Shown one piece after another: positions 36,914 to 48,458 of a stretch of 64,000 nt of DNA. Numbering within the stretch: the stretch's first letter is position 1; every line of letters begins with the position of its first letter. The notes under the pieces are model-generated. The model was not told where the DNA came from, searched no databases, and was given only the letters and a program-made list of their open reading frames with translations. The stretch is from Octopus sinensis (taxonomy: Eukaryota). The stretch spans positions 8,060,001 to 8,124,000 of the forward strand of contig NC_043002.1 of assembly GCF_006345805.1 (NCBI RefSeq), given 5' to 3'. Position numbers and translations under genes: made by a program.

Positions 36914-38328
36914 TGTTTCGAATATTTTAAGAGACCCAAATTACTGATTTATTTTGGCTGTAACACAAAGGATAAGTAGATACCTGGTAATACTTTTATC
37001 AGTCCGACTGGATAAATGGAAATTTGACTCGGGAGATGCTCAACTCAGATTTATGGACGGGCAAAGGATTTGGCGCTTTGTTCAGGATTCTTTTCGGATT
37101 TATCAACCATTAGATTTCATATTTCACAGCAGTGATTTGCCAAAGTCGTGTTGTTAGAGTATCGAATGAAATACACATCTTTATTTGCTTTGGCTTTCTA
37201 CGCTTTAACGTCAAATACCGCCGAAATGAATTTTCCATTCGACTTTCTTGGATCGAGAAATAACGTACCAGTGAAATATTGGTTCCATTTTCTTTCCTGT
37301 TTCTTATTTTCTCTGAACTTGTTATGGTTGTGCTGAAAGAAATGTCATGGAAGATAAATTTCAGCATCTCTTTTATTAGAAATTGAGAAGGATTTGGTGG
37401 GAGCTAGCAACCTCACTTCATATCTGATATAGAACTGGAACTGTCCAATGACAGGGTGATATGATGTACAATTTGGAATGGAAACAAAGAATTAAAAAAT
37501 GATACTTTATAAACAGGAAGTAGAAAAGATGTTCGATGTGAGATAAGAAAACAAAGTGAAATTCCTCGGCCTTCTTTAACGATTATTGAGAATATTATAT
37601 TGACCGCAGTACTTGGTTGGTATTTTATTTTATTGGGAGGATGAAAAGCAAATTGGCAATCAGCAGGGTTTTTACAACGTAAAGATTCATGGTTAAATAC
37701 CGCAGACATTTTGTTCGACATTTAACCTTTTCTACAAAATCTGAAGATTGTTGATTCTTGATAACTTAAGGTAACATCAAATATCTAAGACTTGGTTTTC
37801 TATCATTGCTTTTTATTTATTATTGGTAGGTCTTCGGATGTACACCCATAATACATTGGGTCACAATGGCATTGCCAGTGAGTTTTTGAGTTGTTACGAA
37901 ATTCGCTTCGCAATTGTGTGGTTCCGCTTTCGATCCTGGCGCAGTATCTTGGCGAAGCAACTCTTACATAGCCTCGAGTTAACTCGTGTCTAACTGAGCA
38001 GACAGGAACTCTACCGAAGATTGCACAGGTTCTTCGATGTTAGACCTAATCAGTTGTCAGGTTTAACACTGCAAGTTGTTTTGGACTGTTTTTAGCAGAG
38101 TCCACTTCATTGCACCCATTGGGGCCAGGTTGATAGACCGGGAATAAGCAAATATCTTGATTTGCTGCTTCCTACCGCAGCAGATAATCGCTGTTTCCTC
38201 CTATCTCCGAGCACCAATATTGAAGATCTTGTTATGGTGATGAGTGTTGTCCTTCCTCCTCATTTGACTAAGTCATTCAAATACAAGAATGTATTCATCT
38301 TCAGCAGATTAAGGGCAGTACTACTACC

Positions 38329-38730
38329 GGCAGAAACGTTAGCACGCCGGGCAAAATGCTAAGCGTATTTCGTCTGCCGCTACGTTCTGAGTTCAAATTC
38401 CGCCGAGGTCGACTTTGCCTTTCATCCTTACAGGGTCGATTAAATAAGTACCAGTTACGCACTGGGGTCGATATAATCGACTTAATCCGTTTGTCTGTCC
38501 TTGTTTGTCCCCTCTGTGTTTAGCCCCTTGTGGGTGGTAAAGGAATGGGTATTTCGTCTGCCGCTACGTTCTGAGTTCAAATTCCACCGAGGTCGACTTT
38601 GCCTTTCATCCTTTCGGGGTCAATTAAATAAGTACCAGTTACGCACTGGGGTCGATGTAATCGACTTAATCCCTTTGTCTGTCCTTGTTTGTCCCCTCTG
38701 TGTGTAGCCCCTTGTGGGTAGTAAAGAAAG
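38329..38730 (+). mobile_element. SINE family B: head plus 2 tandem units
   Basis: Variant junction GAATGGGTATTTC at about 38543. Confidence 0.92.
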
Positions 38731-39064
38731 AGGTATACTGGACTGCATAAAGAAAAAAGCCTGTCTGCATTGAATTACTTAGTCGAATTCCAGCTTCTGA
38801 GGACAAGAGGTTTGCGCATATCTTTCCCGCTATCATCGACTTAGAATAGGTTCTGCGAAAAGTTAACGGCATCAATTTCATCGACCTGGTAAGCTCTTTG
38901 ACGACCAAACCTCTACTCCTTATCAAACTAATAATGAATCAAAATCAGCCGGTCGCCTCTCAACTTAGCGTTTGAAACCAACATTGAAAACTGACACTAG
39001 TTTGGTGTGTGTTCCTACAAAAGTACCTATATATTCCTCTATGTTATAAATTTACGAAGGAAGC

Positions 39065-39540
39065 AAACTGGCAGGACGGCTAACGCTTCTAAAAAGATAT
39101 TTAGCAGTATTTATTTCAAATCTCTACATTCAGAATTCAAATCTCGCTGGAGTCAGCTTTCGGATCTTTTCATTTTGACCGGCAGATTTTTTTAAATAAT
39201 TTCTTTGTAACTAAACACTTTTAAACTTCGTATACTTGTAGAATGTGTTTATAAAACATCCTTTTCTAATGACTTTCTTGAGAAAATTCTGTAGTTTGGA
39301 AGCTATTTGTTGTTTAATTGCTTACATTTCGGCAATTTCAACCAATCAATGACGTCTATTGAGGTGAATTCAATTGCTGTTATCATCAGCCATTGTGTCA
39401 ACAACAATTATATTTTAATTATTTAAAAAATCTGCCGGTCAAAGCGAAAAGATCCCAGCTTTCTTTTTCATCCTTTCGAGGGTGATGAAAGTAAAATACC
39501 AGCCAAGTACTGGAGTCGATTATTCCCTCCACCTCTTCTC
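39065..39540 (+). mobile_element. Old SINE family B copy split by a MITE
   Basis: Head/B-box-like segment before 39161 continues as TTTTTCATCCTTTCGAGGG after 39463. Confidence 0.6.
39162..39455. mobile_element. MITE, 294 bp, about 38-bp TIRs starting GGATC, 8-bp TSD CAGCTTTC (Merlin-like)
   Basis: TSD at 39154-39161 and 39456-39463; TIR GGATCTTTTC(AT/GC)TTTGACCGGCAGATTTTTT. Superfamily inferred from GG termini plus 8-bp TSD. Confidence 0.85.
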
Positions 39541-39902
39541 TGTATCATAGAATCGGCTATGTAAACGGACCAAGGGAGAGCTATTCATATCGAGTTTTTG
39601 TTATCACCACTCTATGGAGATAATAAGAAAAAAGATTTGCTACTAATGAAAAAAAAAGTATGGTGATAAACTTCCGCCACAGATAAAGCACCATTGACCT
39701 GACGCGAACCAGTGTGATTATTCGATTAGTAGCTCTAATTCCTTACAGACTCTAACAATGATGACTTCTTCTGTGACGTATGAAATTTGGTAATTTCTTT
39801 GCAAATTATTTTGAATACTGAACTACAAGTCTTCTTTTTGTTGTTTGATTTTTCCCTTGCAGAAAATTATTTGAATATTTCTTCTTTTTATCGTTTTATC
39901 CT

Positions 39903-40380
39903 CACACACACACACATGCATACATGCATACGTACATAATACATGCATACATACATGCATGCATGCATGCATACACACATACATACATGCATGCATGCAT
40001 ACATACATACATGCATGCATACATGCATACATACATACATACATACATACATGCATACATGCATACATGCATACATGCATGCATGCATACATGCATACAT
40101 GCATACATACATACATACATACATACATGCATGCATACATACATACATACATGCATGCATACATACATACATGCATGCATACATACATACATACATACAT
40201 GCACCCTTTATTGATACATACATACATGCATACATACATACATACATACATACATACATACATACATACATACATGCATACATGCATACATACATACATA
40301 CATGCATACATACATGCATACATACATACATACATACATACATACATACATACATACATACATACATACATACATGCGTG
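39903..40380. repeat. (CATA)/(CATG)n compound array
   Basis: Directly visible. Confidence 0.95.
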
Positions 40381-40990
40381 TGTAAAACTTCAGACTTTTT
40401 AAGCAAGTGACTGAAGAATTTCATTAGCAAAACTCAAGCTTTGTACGTGTATTGTATTGCTATATAATACTTTCGATATTAAATGAACTGTAAAAGAATA
40501 TGGGACACCAATGTAGAAAAACAAAGACAAATACGAAACTACAATTGGTATAAAGTCGTATTCCGTTGTCATTTTTTTACGATGCTTTTTTTTACTCTAG
40601 CAAAAAGCATAATTCTTCAAGGTAAAAAAGAAAAACAAAAAATGGATTTCTACAGAGTAGTCTTTATCATGATAAACACTTGTAAAATAAAAGTGGGTGG
40701 GCGCGGCTAACTTAATAGATATCAACGAATAACTTCTAATTTAAAACATCAAAAAAAACGGAGTATGAAGAAAAGCAATAAAGAAATAACAAAGCCTTCT
40801 GAGATGGGAAGAATTTTTTTTGCTTTTAATTTATATTTATATTCTTTTATCTAAACAGCTATCAATCGGTTGTCTAATTACAAGAATGCGATGAATATTA
40901 AAATATCTTGATGAATCGAAATTCGCGAATATTCAATTCCTAACAGATGTAGAAATATACATATATATACATACATACAAACACACACAA

Positions 40991-41048
<58 letters not shown>

Positions 41049-41131
41049 TATATATATATAACAACATACACACACACACAAATATGTATATATATATATA
41101 TATATATTGTGTGTGTGTGTGTGTGTATGTG

Positions 41132-41171
<40 letters not shown>

Positions 41172-41915
41172 GTGTGTGTATGTGTATATATTATATATAT
41201 TATACTATATATATATAATATATATATATATATGTGTGTGTGTGTTGTGTGTACGTGTGCATATCTGTATATATATATATATAAACATACATACATAAAT
41301 TCATACGTACATATATATATGAGTGTGTGTGTGTATGTATATACATATGCATGCTGGCATGTATACATAGGTGTGTCTTCTAGCGTTTTGATGTATTTGT
41401 CGCGTCTGTTGTTGCCGCTGTTCTTCGAGATCTAAAACAAACAAAAAACAAAAAAGAAACTTGGGTTAATTGTTCCACTGTACGCACCGATGATTAAACT
41501 AAAGTATTGCGTCAATAGGCGAGAAAATACTACACGATTAGTAGGCAGTAACTTTCAACTAGCAAAGTGGTCTTCTCTGCAGCACTTTTTTTTTTCAAAG
41601 GTGAATATCTTCGTAATGAACCAGCAGCTCACGAATATACAATACACGTGAGTGCATCTATGTTATTATGTATATGTGCAGATATACGCTTCTATAGTCA
41701 CAAAAAATTCACAATCATGCCCACCGTCCTCATACATAGATATACATGCAAACACACGCAGACACACACACACACACACCACACACATACACAGACACAC
41801 GCTGACGCAAACATCCATATACGTGCGTGAATATATGTACGCGTTATGATTACAGATTTCTTCTCGACCCGTACACAAATACACAACTCACACATATGTG
41901 TATTTGTCTGTGTGT

Positions 41916-41954
<39 letters not shown>

Positions 41955-42109
41955 TGTGCGTGTATGTGTGTGTGTGTAAAGATATATATATACCTTTATG
42001 CATACACACACATAGAGTATGTTTTGTTTTCCAAAAACACGTACAAGGTTGACTGCATGTGCTCTTGAGGCAAGGGTTTGTAATCCTTGTTACTACTGAC
42101 AAATAATTG

Positions 42110-42338
42110 TTAGGTTGTCGCACTCACGGTCGCTAGATTGTAGGTTCGATTCCCTGACCGGGCGGTGCTTTTGTTTTCTTGAGCAAAATATCATTTCACT
42201 TCGCTCCAGTCCTTTTTCAATCAGGGAGTGGGGGAGAAATGGCCTGTCCCTTCGAAGTCTAAAATAATGCATAGTGCATTGTGACCAGCGATGTGTAACA
42301 ACATCCGATAGTCAGGTTGGTCCCGTGATGATGTGATA
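42110..42338 (+). mobile_element. SINE with family C-like head/core and family D tail
   Basis: GGTTCGATTCCC B box, TTCTTGAGCAAAA core, tail shared with 30545-30680. Confidence 0.7.
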
Positions 42339-42385
42339 TGTGTGTGTGTGTGTGTGTGTGTGTCTGTGTGTGTGTGTTGTGTGTG

Positions 42386-42418
<33 letters not shown>

Positions 42419-43084
42419 CCTATGTGTGCGTAAGGTTGTTTGTTGTGGCCGGTCAGGGAGTGGAGGCACATAACCTTTCTATAACTTGAGGAAGGTTAAC
42501 GTCATGGTCAGTTAATTCTGTAAACAGAAACATTTTCCGGAACGAAACTCTACTGACAAAACCTTGAGTGAGGTGGAGTTATCCCCCTTCGATTGATTCC
42601 AGTTATGCCGATGATGGCTGATGATAAAGCATTTCCCTAGTCAGCAAGTGGGGAATTCCATGTTTCTAACAAGAATTTCCTCTAGTTAGGACTCTGGCTA
42701 GATATCTCTTTTTTTTTTAGCTTAAAAAGGTTCCTGAGTCAAGTGAGTTTTTCAGGATTCTTGCTTTGTATCTGTCTAGTACCCTAAAGGAGGGCCTGTA
42801 ATTACAAAGGCGGTGCTTGATTGGGCCGCCAGTAAATCAGACGTATTTCCGTGCCCTTGTGCCGGTGGTGTCATCGCTGCTTCTGTTGCCGCTGTTATCG
42901 CTGCCAATGTAATTGTCATGCCGAACCCATTGCTGGTGTTGTTGTTCTTGTTGCTACTGCCGTTGGTGTTGCTGCTGCTGCTGGTATCGCTGCTGTTGTT
43001 GTTGTTATTGCTCCACGTGATACTGGTAACTCAGTTGCCGCCAACAAGATCTCTGTTGCTGCTGCTGCTGCTGTTGCTGTTGAG

Positions 43085-43421
43085 CGTAGCGGTCTTCGTC
43101 CAGTGGGAGAAGTCCGAAACGTGGTCCTTTGCTATTCATAAGACCCGCAGAAGAGAAAGCAGGTCAACCCCCGACACCGAGAGCATCGACGGATGGATGA
43201 ATGCGCATCCAGGCTCAGCAGTTGCGTAGGAAGTTGGGGACAAGAAACAGGAAGAAAGAGTGAGAGAAAGTTGAAGCGAAAGAGTACAACAGGGGTCGCC
43301 ACCACCCCCTTGCCGGAGGTGTTTTCGCTCAATAAACACACACAACGCCCGGTCTGGGAATCGAAACCGCGATCCTCCGCCCGCGAGTCCGCTGCCCTAA
43401 CCATTGGGCCATTGCGCCTCC
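43085..43421 (-). mobile_element. tRNA-derived SINE (Arg-like head), a third tail type
   Basis: Minus strand GGAGGCGCAATGGCCCAATGGTTAGGGCAGCGGACTCGCGG...GGTTTCGATTCCCAGACCGGGCG with strong A/B boxes; 3' bound approximate. Confidence 0.8.
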
Positions 43422-43879
43422 ACTTTTTTTGCTGCCTATGCCTGAGGCATTGTTGAAGCTGTTGTAGCTGTTGTTATTACTACCGTAGCTGCCACTGCTG
43501 CTTGATACGCTGCCGGTGTAATTGCTGCTACTACAGCTGGCGTCGCTGTCCTTGTAGTTGTTATCGGTGGGTGTATTGCTGTTGCAGTTGCTGCTGTTGC
43601 TTCCATACTGCCTTTGCAATCACCAGCGCCGGCCACCACCTCGACCTCATGTACATTTTTGGAGTCGCACCCCACTACACACACACACACACACACAGAC
43701 ACACACACACTGGGTCTCAGTGTCAACTCTGTAATGTAAAAGCATCCAGCTTCTGCAGTTGATTCAGACGTGCGCACTAATATTTTTTTTAATGCTGGGG
43801 GCAAAACGGAAAGAAACCCTTAAGTTGTGTCCATTAAACAAACACCCAGTTTTCTGAAAAATCCATATATGTATGCGTA

Positions 43880-44049
43880 TATATTTCGTTTTTGGATTTG
43901 GTTTGCAAGATTCTTTATGTGAGTTCGTATGTTGAAGCATATTTTGTTGTGTGTGAGGAGAGTCATTCTCTTTTAGTGCCTTATAACTTTACCGGTGAGT
44001 GTGTTAAATTATAAGGACTAAAAGAGAATGACTCTCCCCAGACACAATA
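43880..44049 (-). mobile_element. Palindrome-plus-tail element, copy 1 (short palindrome, about 100 bp)
   Basis: GGAGAGTCATTCTCTTTTAGTGCCTTATA...TATAAGGACTAAAAGAGAATGACTCTCC; tail in the opposite orientation to copies 2 and 3. Confidence 0.85.
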
Positions 44050-44051
44050 TA

Positions 44052-44099
<48 letters not shown>

Positions 44100-44476
44100 G
44101 GGAAACATGTATCTGCTCGGGTTGAAACCTTTTGGATTAACTGGTGCTAGAGTGAGCAATATATTGACCACTCTCTTATATTTATTTTGTAAAAATATTA
44201 TAATATGTTATAAATATTATATAATCCAGGTTTCTCGTAGCACTAGGCCACTTGGTGTTGAATAAATATACTATTAAATTAGTATCTAATTCTCTCACCC
44301 TTATTAATTAATTATAATTATGCTGCATTTATTTCTAAATGCTGTATTTGTTTTCCGTGAAAGTTTGGCGCGCTGTTGGTTGGGGCATTTGAATTATAAC
44401 GTCGGATGTAATCAATTGAACACACGCGTATTTATCGTTATGGTAAAATCTGGCGTGTGATTGAGTGGATTTCATC

Positions 44477-44571
44477 CAGATAGTCTTGGCTGACGAGCTA
44501 CAAATGGATTTTTTTGTAAGTAATATTACATATATTCATTAATAGCGAAACAATTGTCCCAAAATAATCTG
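44477..44571 (+). ncRNA. Type I hammerhead ribozyme, copy 1; predicted cleavage after C44558
   Basis: Helix I CAGAT..TTGG / CCAA..ATCTG; CTGACGA core 44490-44496; helix II GCTA/TAGC with extension; GAAA 44547-44550; palindromic ACAATTGT helix III; GUC cleavage triplet. Confidence 0.8.
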
Positions 44572-45009
44572 TATTTTTGTTATTTTTTTACTTGCCCTGT
44601 CCGTGTGAGCTAACAGTCGTACTGGCTTTCATGGGAAACATGTATCTTCGTGGTTGAAACCTTTTGGATTAACTGGTGCTAGAGTGAGCAATATTTGACC
44701 ACTCTCTTATATTTATTTTGTAAAATATTATAATATGTTATAAAATATTATAATAATCCAGGTTTCTCGTAGCACTAGGCCACTTGGTGTTGAATAAATA
44801 TACTATTAAATTAGTATCTAATTCTCTCACACTCCTTATTAATTAATTATAATTATGCTGCATTTATTTCTAAATGCGTATTTGTTTTCCGTGAAAGTTT
44901 GGCGCGCTGTTGTTGGGGCATTTGAATTATAACGTCGGATGTAATCAATTGAACCACACGCGTATTTATCGTTATGGTAAAATCTGGCGTGTGATTGAGT
45001 GGATTCATC

Positions 45010-45104
45010 CAGATAGTCTTGGCTGACGAGCTACAATGGATTTTTTTGTAAGTAATATTACATATAATTCATTAATAGCGAAACAATTGTCCCAAAATAA
45101 TCTG
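45010..45104 (+). ncRNA. Type I hammerhead ribozyme, copy 2; predicted cleavage after C45091
   Basis: Same intact core (CTGACGA 45023-45029, GAAA 45080-45083, ACAATTGTC), 533 nt after copy 1. Confidence 0.8.
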
Positions 45105-45440
45105 TATTTTTGTTATTTTTTTACTTGCCCTGTCCGTGTGAGCTAACAGTCGTACTGGCTTTCATGGAAACATGTATCTTCGTGGTTGAAACTTTTGGAT
45201 TAACTGGTGCTAGAGTGAGCAATATATTGACCACTCTCTTATATTTATTTTGTAAAAATATTATAAATGTTATAAAATATTATAATATCCAGGTTTCTCG
45301 TAGCACTAGGCCACTTGGTGTTGAATAAATATACTATTAAATAGTATCTAATTCTCTCACCCTTATTAATTAATTATATATGTACATATATATATATACA
45401 TATATATATATAATATATGTGTGTGTGTGGTGTATATATG

Positions 45441-45471
<31 letters not shown>

Positions 45472-46339
45472 GCACTGAATGGAATCTCTTTTAGAGAAGT
45501 CCAACTACTCACCGTGCCATCAGGATTGAAGTACATGTTGTTCTGTTTAGCCACTCAGAGATGGCTTCAGAAAAAATATTTTGAAATAATACTTATGACT
45601 TAATATTCACCACTCACACCTGATGACTGCTTGTCCTCAGAGTGTCTCCTGCTTGTAAATTTCAATTTAACTAACAATCAGCCTATGAACTATTTTTATT
45701 TAATGTGGAGCCATTCCTCAAGAGTTCAAATAATGCTACAGTTATTTACTTGTCTCAGAACAAAGGTGATACATAGGTGATTCTTCTTGTTGAATATTGG
45801 AAAAATCTTTACAAGAATGCATCTGAATCACCTTATCATTTGCATTCTTATGCAAAAAGCTTATGTACCTTTCGTTGGAAAAAGGGGCACTACTGTTATG
45901 ATCAGTTCCACGTGTCTTACCTCAGGAAGTAGAATAAAATTCCTAATAGAGTGGCTCTCAGACGTGTTAACACCAGCAGTCTTTTCTTCAAATCCAACTG
46001 CTTTGTACTCAACATGTCATTTGAATATCTTGCTAAATCCATTTTCTATTCTGACTTATAGATAGGGAGTGCATTGTTGATTCGTAAAAGATTCGTAGAT
46101 GTGTTGAACACTTCATTGAAAGACTGCATACCAAATGCAAATTGCTATTTTTACTTTTGCTTTGTTAGATTATATTAAACTTTAGTTTGATTTTAATTAT
46201 TACTTACTCTACATATAATTCAATTGTTATTATTATCTCTAATTTTTATTGTTAAAGTGAAAGTATCTGACATAAAATAGAGAAAATGTTTTGTTCACTT
46301 TTAACACGTAATACTGAAATAGTGGAGAAGATATGATAT

Positions 46340-46527
46340 TGCTATGGGCTCGCTACAGGCAAGAGGTTGAATTTTTTGCCCATGAAACTACAGGACCCTA
46401 AGTAAGGCCATGTGTAAAATTTGAATGAAATTGGTTGTGTAGTTCTCAAGTTTTAGGGAAACACACATACAGACAGACACACACACACACACACACACAC
46501 ACATTCTCAGTTTTATATATAGAGAGA
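46340..46527 (-). mobile_element. Non-autonomous Helitron 5' end fragment
   Basis: Minus strand A|TCTCTCTATATATAAAACTGAGAATGTGTG..., similar in layout to the 5' end of the 61079-61473 element. Confidence 0.55.
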
Positions 46528-46539
46528 TGACACGCTTTT

Positions 46540-47593
46540 CGAGAGTTAAGTAAACTTTTTTATTTAAGAAATTTTATTGTATTTTATATAACTATTGTTT
46601 GTTAAATTTGAATTTATAATTATTTTAGTTGTTAATGAGAATTTAGATACGTACATTTATTTAATTATTATTAGTATATAATTATTATAACTGAACGTAA
46701 ATTTTAAGATATTAGTTAGTCACTGTGGTATATAGATCGTAAAAATGTTTTTGATAATGATGATAATAGTAATAAGATTTTTTTAAAGATTGGTTATACG
46801 TTTTTAATTTGATTTTTCAATTTTTAAATTGTATTTCATAAATATTTTCTATAGATATTTATAAAATTTATGTAAGTAAAAATGGACTAATTTATTTTTG
46901 GTTGTATGTTTATATATATTTATTGATAGAAACATTTTAGATTTCTAATTACTATATTTGTTGATTATAATTTAGATACTTATTTTTATGTATTTATTAT
47001 TTTATAATTATTAGCTGTGAACTTAAATCTAAAAATATTAATAGTGATTATTTTGTTAAATAATTTGGTAATTAAATATTGGAGTATAACTGAGTTAAAG
47101 ATATTCGATAGTTAATTATGTTTTTTTAAGCCAAATTATATAAATACTTATTTCTATCTATTTTTTTACCTTGAAAATTAAATATTTAACATCATAAATG
47201 TATTGTAGGAAATAATCCTAATGTTTTAAGCTTCGAATTTAGTTAATGGAGCTTTTTTCTATAAGAAAAATTATTATTTTATTTATTTTTGAAATAAATA
47301 TTGTTTAACTGTATTTGCTTATTTATCTAACTAATATCATTAACCTGAAGGTTGACTATAATTTTAAATCGAATATATTTCAATTGAAGTTAAACTTAAT
47401 TGTAATTCGAATTTGATTGTAGCCATGAAACGTACGTAGTTTGTTTACTTATTATATATAGATCATTCATTTTTATACTTTTTGAGATCTAGTTATATGT
47501 TTTATAAAAATATGTATTATTTGTTTTTTATGTTTTGGCTTATGTCTATCACTGTTTGAGTTGCATAATAGTGGTTTTATCTCTAATTCATAT

Positions 47594-47650
<57 letters not shown>

Positions 47651-48060
47651 ATATATACACACATATACGCAGATATCTTATATTGTATGTATATATTTTA
47701 TTAATTTGCCTGTACGGCTGGTATTCGCTTGCCACTAGTGATGGTATTTTAATAGTACCATCGCTCTTATATTTAATTATATATATATAAACTTAGATAA
47801 ACTTAGATGTGTTTCGACCAATGATTGGTCCAGAGGAAAACCTTGTAGTTTGCTATGCAAAACTCATCACAGCTATTGACTGCCTGATATCATCATGCAG
47901 TGGAAATGCTCTTGCTACTGGATATACATCAGGAATTCAATAATATCTGTAGAGTTTATATAAATAGATAAATGATATAAAATAGATTGAAAATGAATTT
48001 TTTCTTAAATGCACTACAATTGTTTCGACGCATTTTTACATTCGTAGTAGATTTTTGAGA
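46540..48060 (-). mobile_element. Probable highly decayed Penelope-like element (RT relic plus pLTR relic)
   Basis: Minus strand gives IEISIYIIW (about 47131-47157) and IFLDL (about 47024-47038), spaced roughly like IDDIFIIW...IKFT...FLD, followed by TANNYKIINT (cf. TDIYYKPTNT); decayed hammerhead-like motifs at 47810-47840 and 48005-48050. Confidence 0.4.
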
Positions 48061-48458
48061 TAATATTATTAACATGTAGTATAAAATCTGTAATCTATCT
48101 TTTCTTAAAGCAATTCGGAAAGTAAGTTAGTAGGTATATTACCTCCCTTTCACCTCAACATATTTTGATATTGATATAAACAGTAAAAATAGAAAGATTG
48201 TACGTAGGAAGAGTATATGTGTGCATATATAGACAGATATTGATGTGTATATATATATATATATATATAAAAATATACATTACCCTGTATGTCGGTATAT
48301 GAAATAATATATATGTATATGGCTGTCAAGCAGTAGTAAGGGACAAACAACACACACACAATATATATATATATATAGGCTAGAGAGAGAGACAGACAGA
48401 CAGACAGATAGATGGACATAGACGGACAGACTGACATAAAAGATAAATTTGGCCGTTC

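Larger units (their letters stand above)
44098..45378 (+). repeat. Tandem array of a 533-bp unit (2.4 copies), retrozyme/Penelope pLTR-like
   Basis: Units start at 44098, 44631 and 45164; (TA)n on both flanks; copies differ mainly by 1-bp indels. Confidence 0.95.

Noticed and set aside
38000-38330. Ancient RTE-like relic on the minus strand (GAMKWTL)
   Set aside because: One weak motif only.
43340-43421. tRNA gene
   Set aside because: A/B boxes present but no complete cloverleaf or acceptor stem; continues into a SINE body. Same for the other SINE heads.
46540-47580. NUMT
   Set aside because: No open frame under the invertebrate mitochondrial code and no rRNA motif recognised; a control-region origin is not fully excluded without BLAST.
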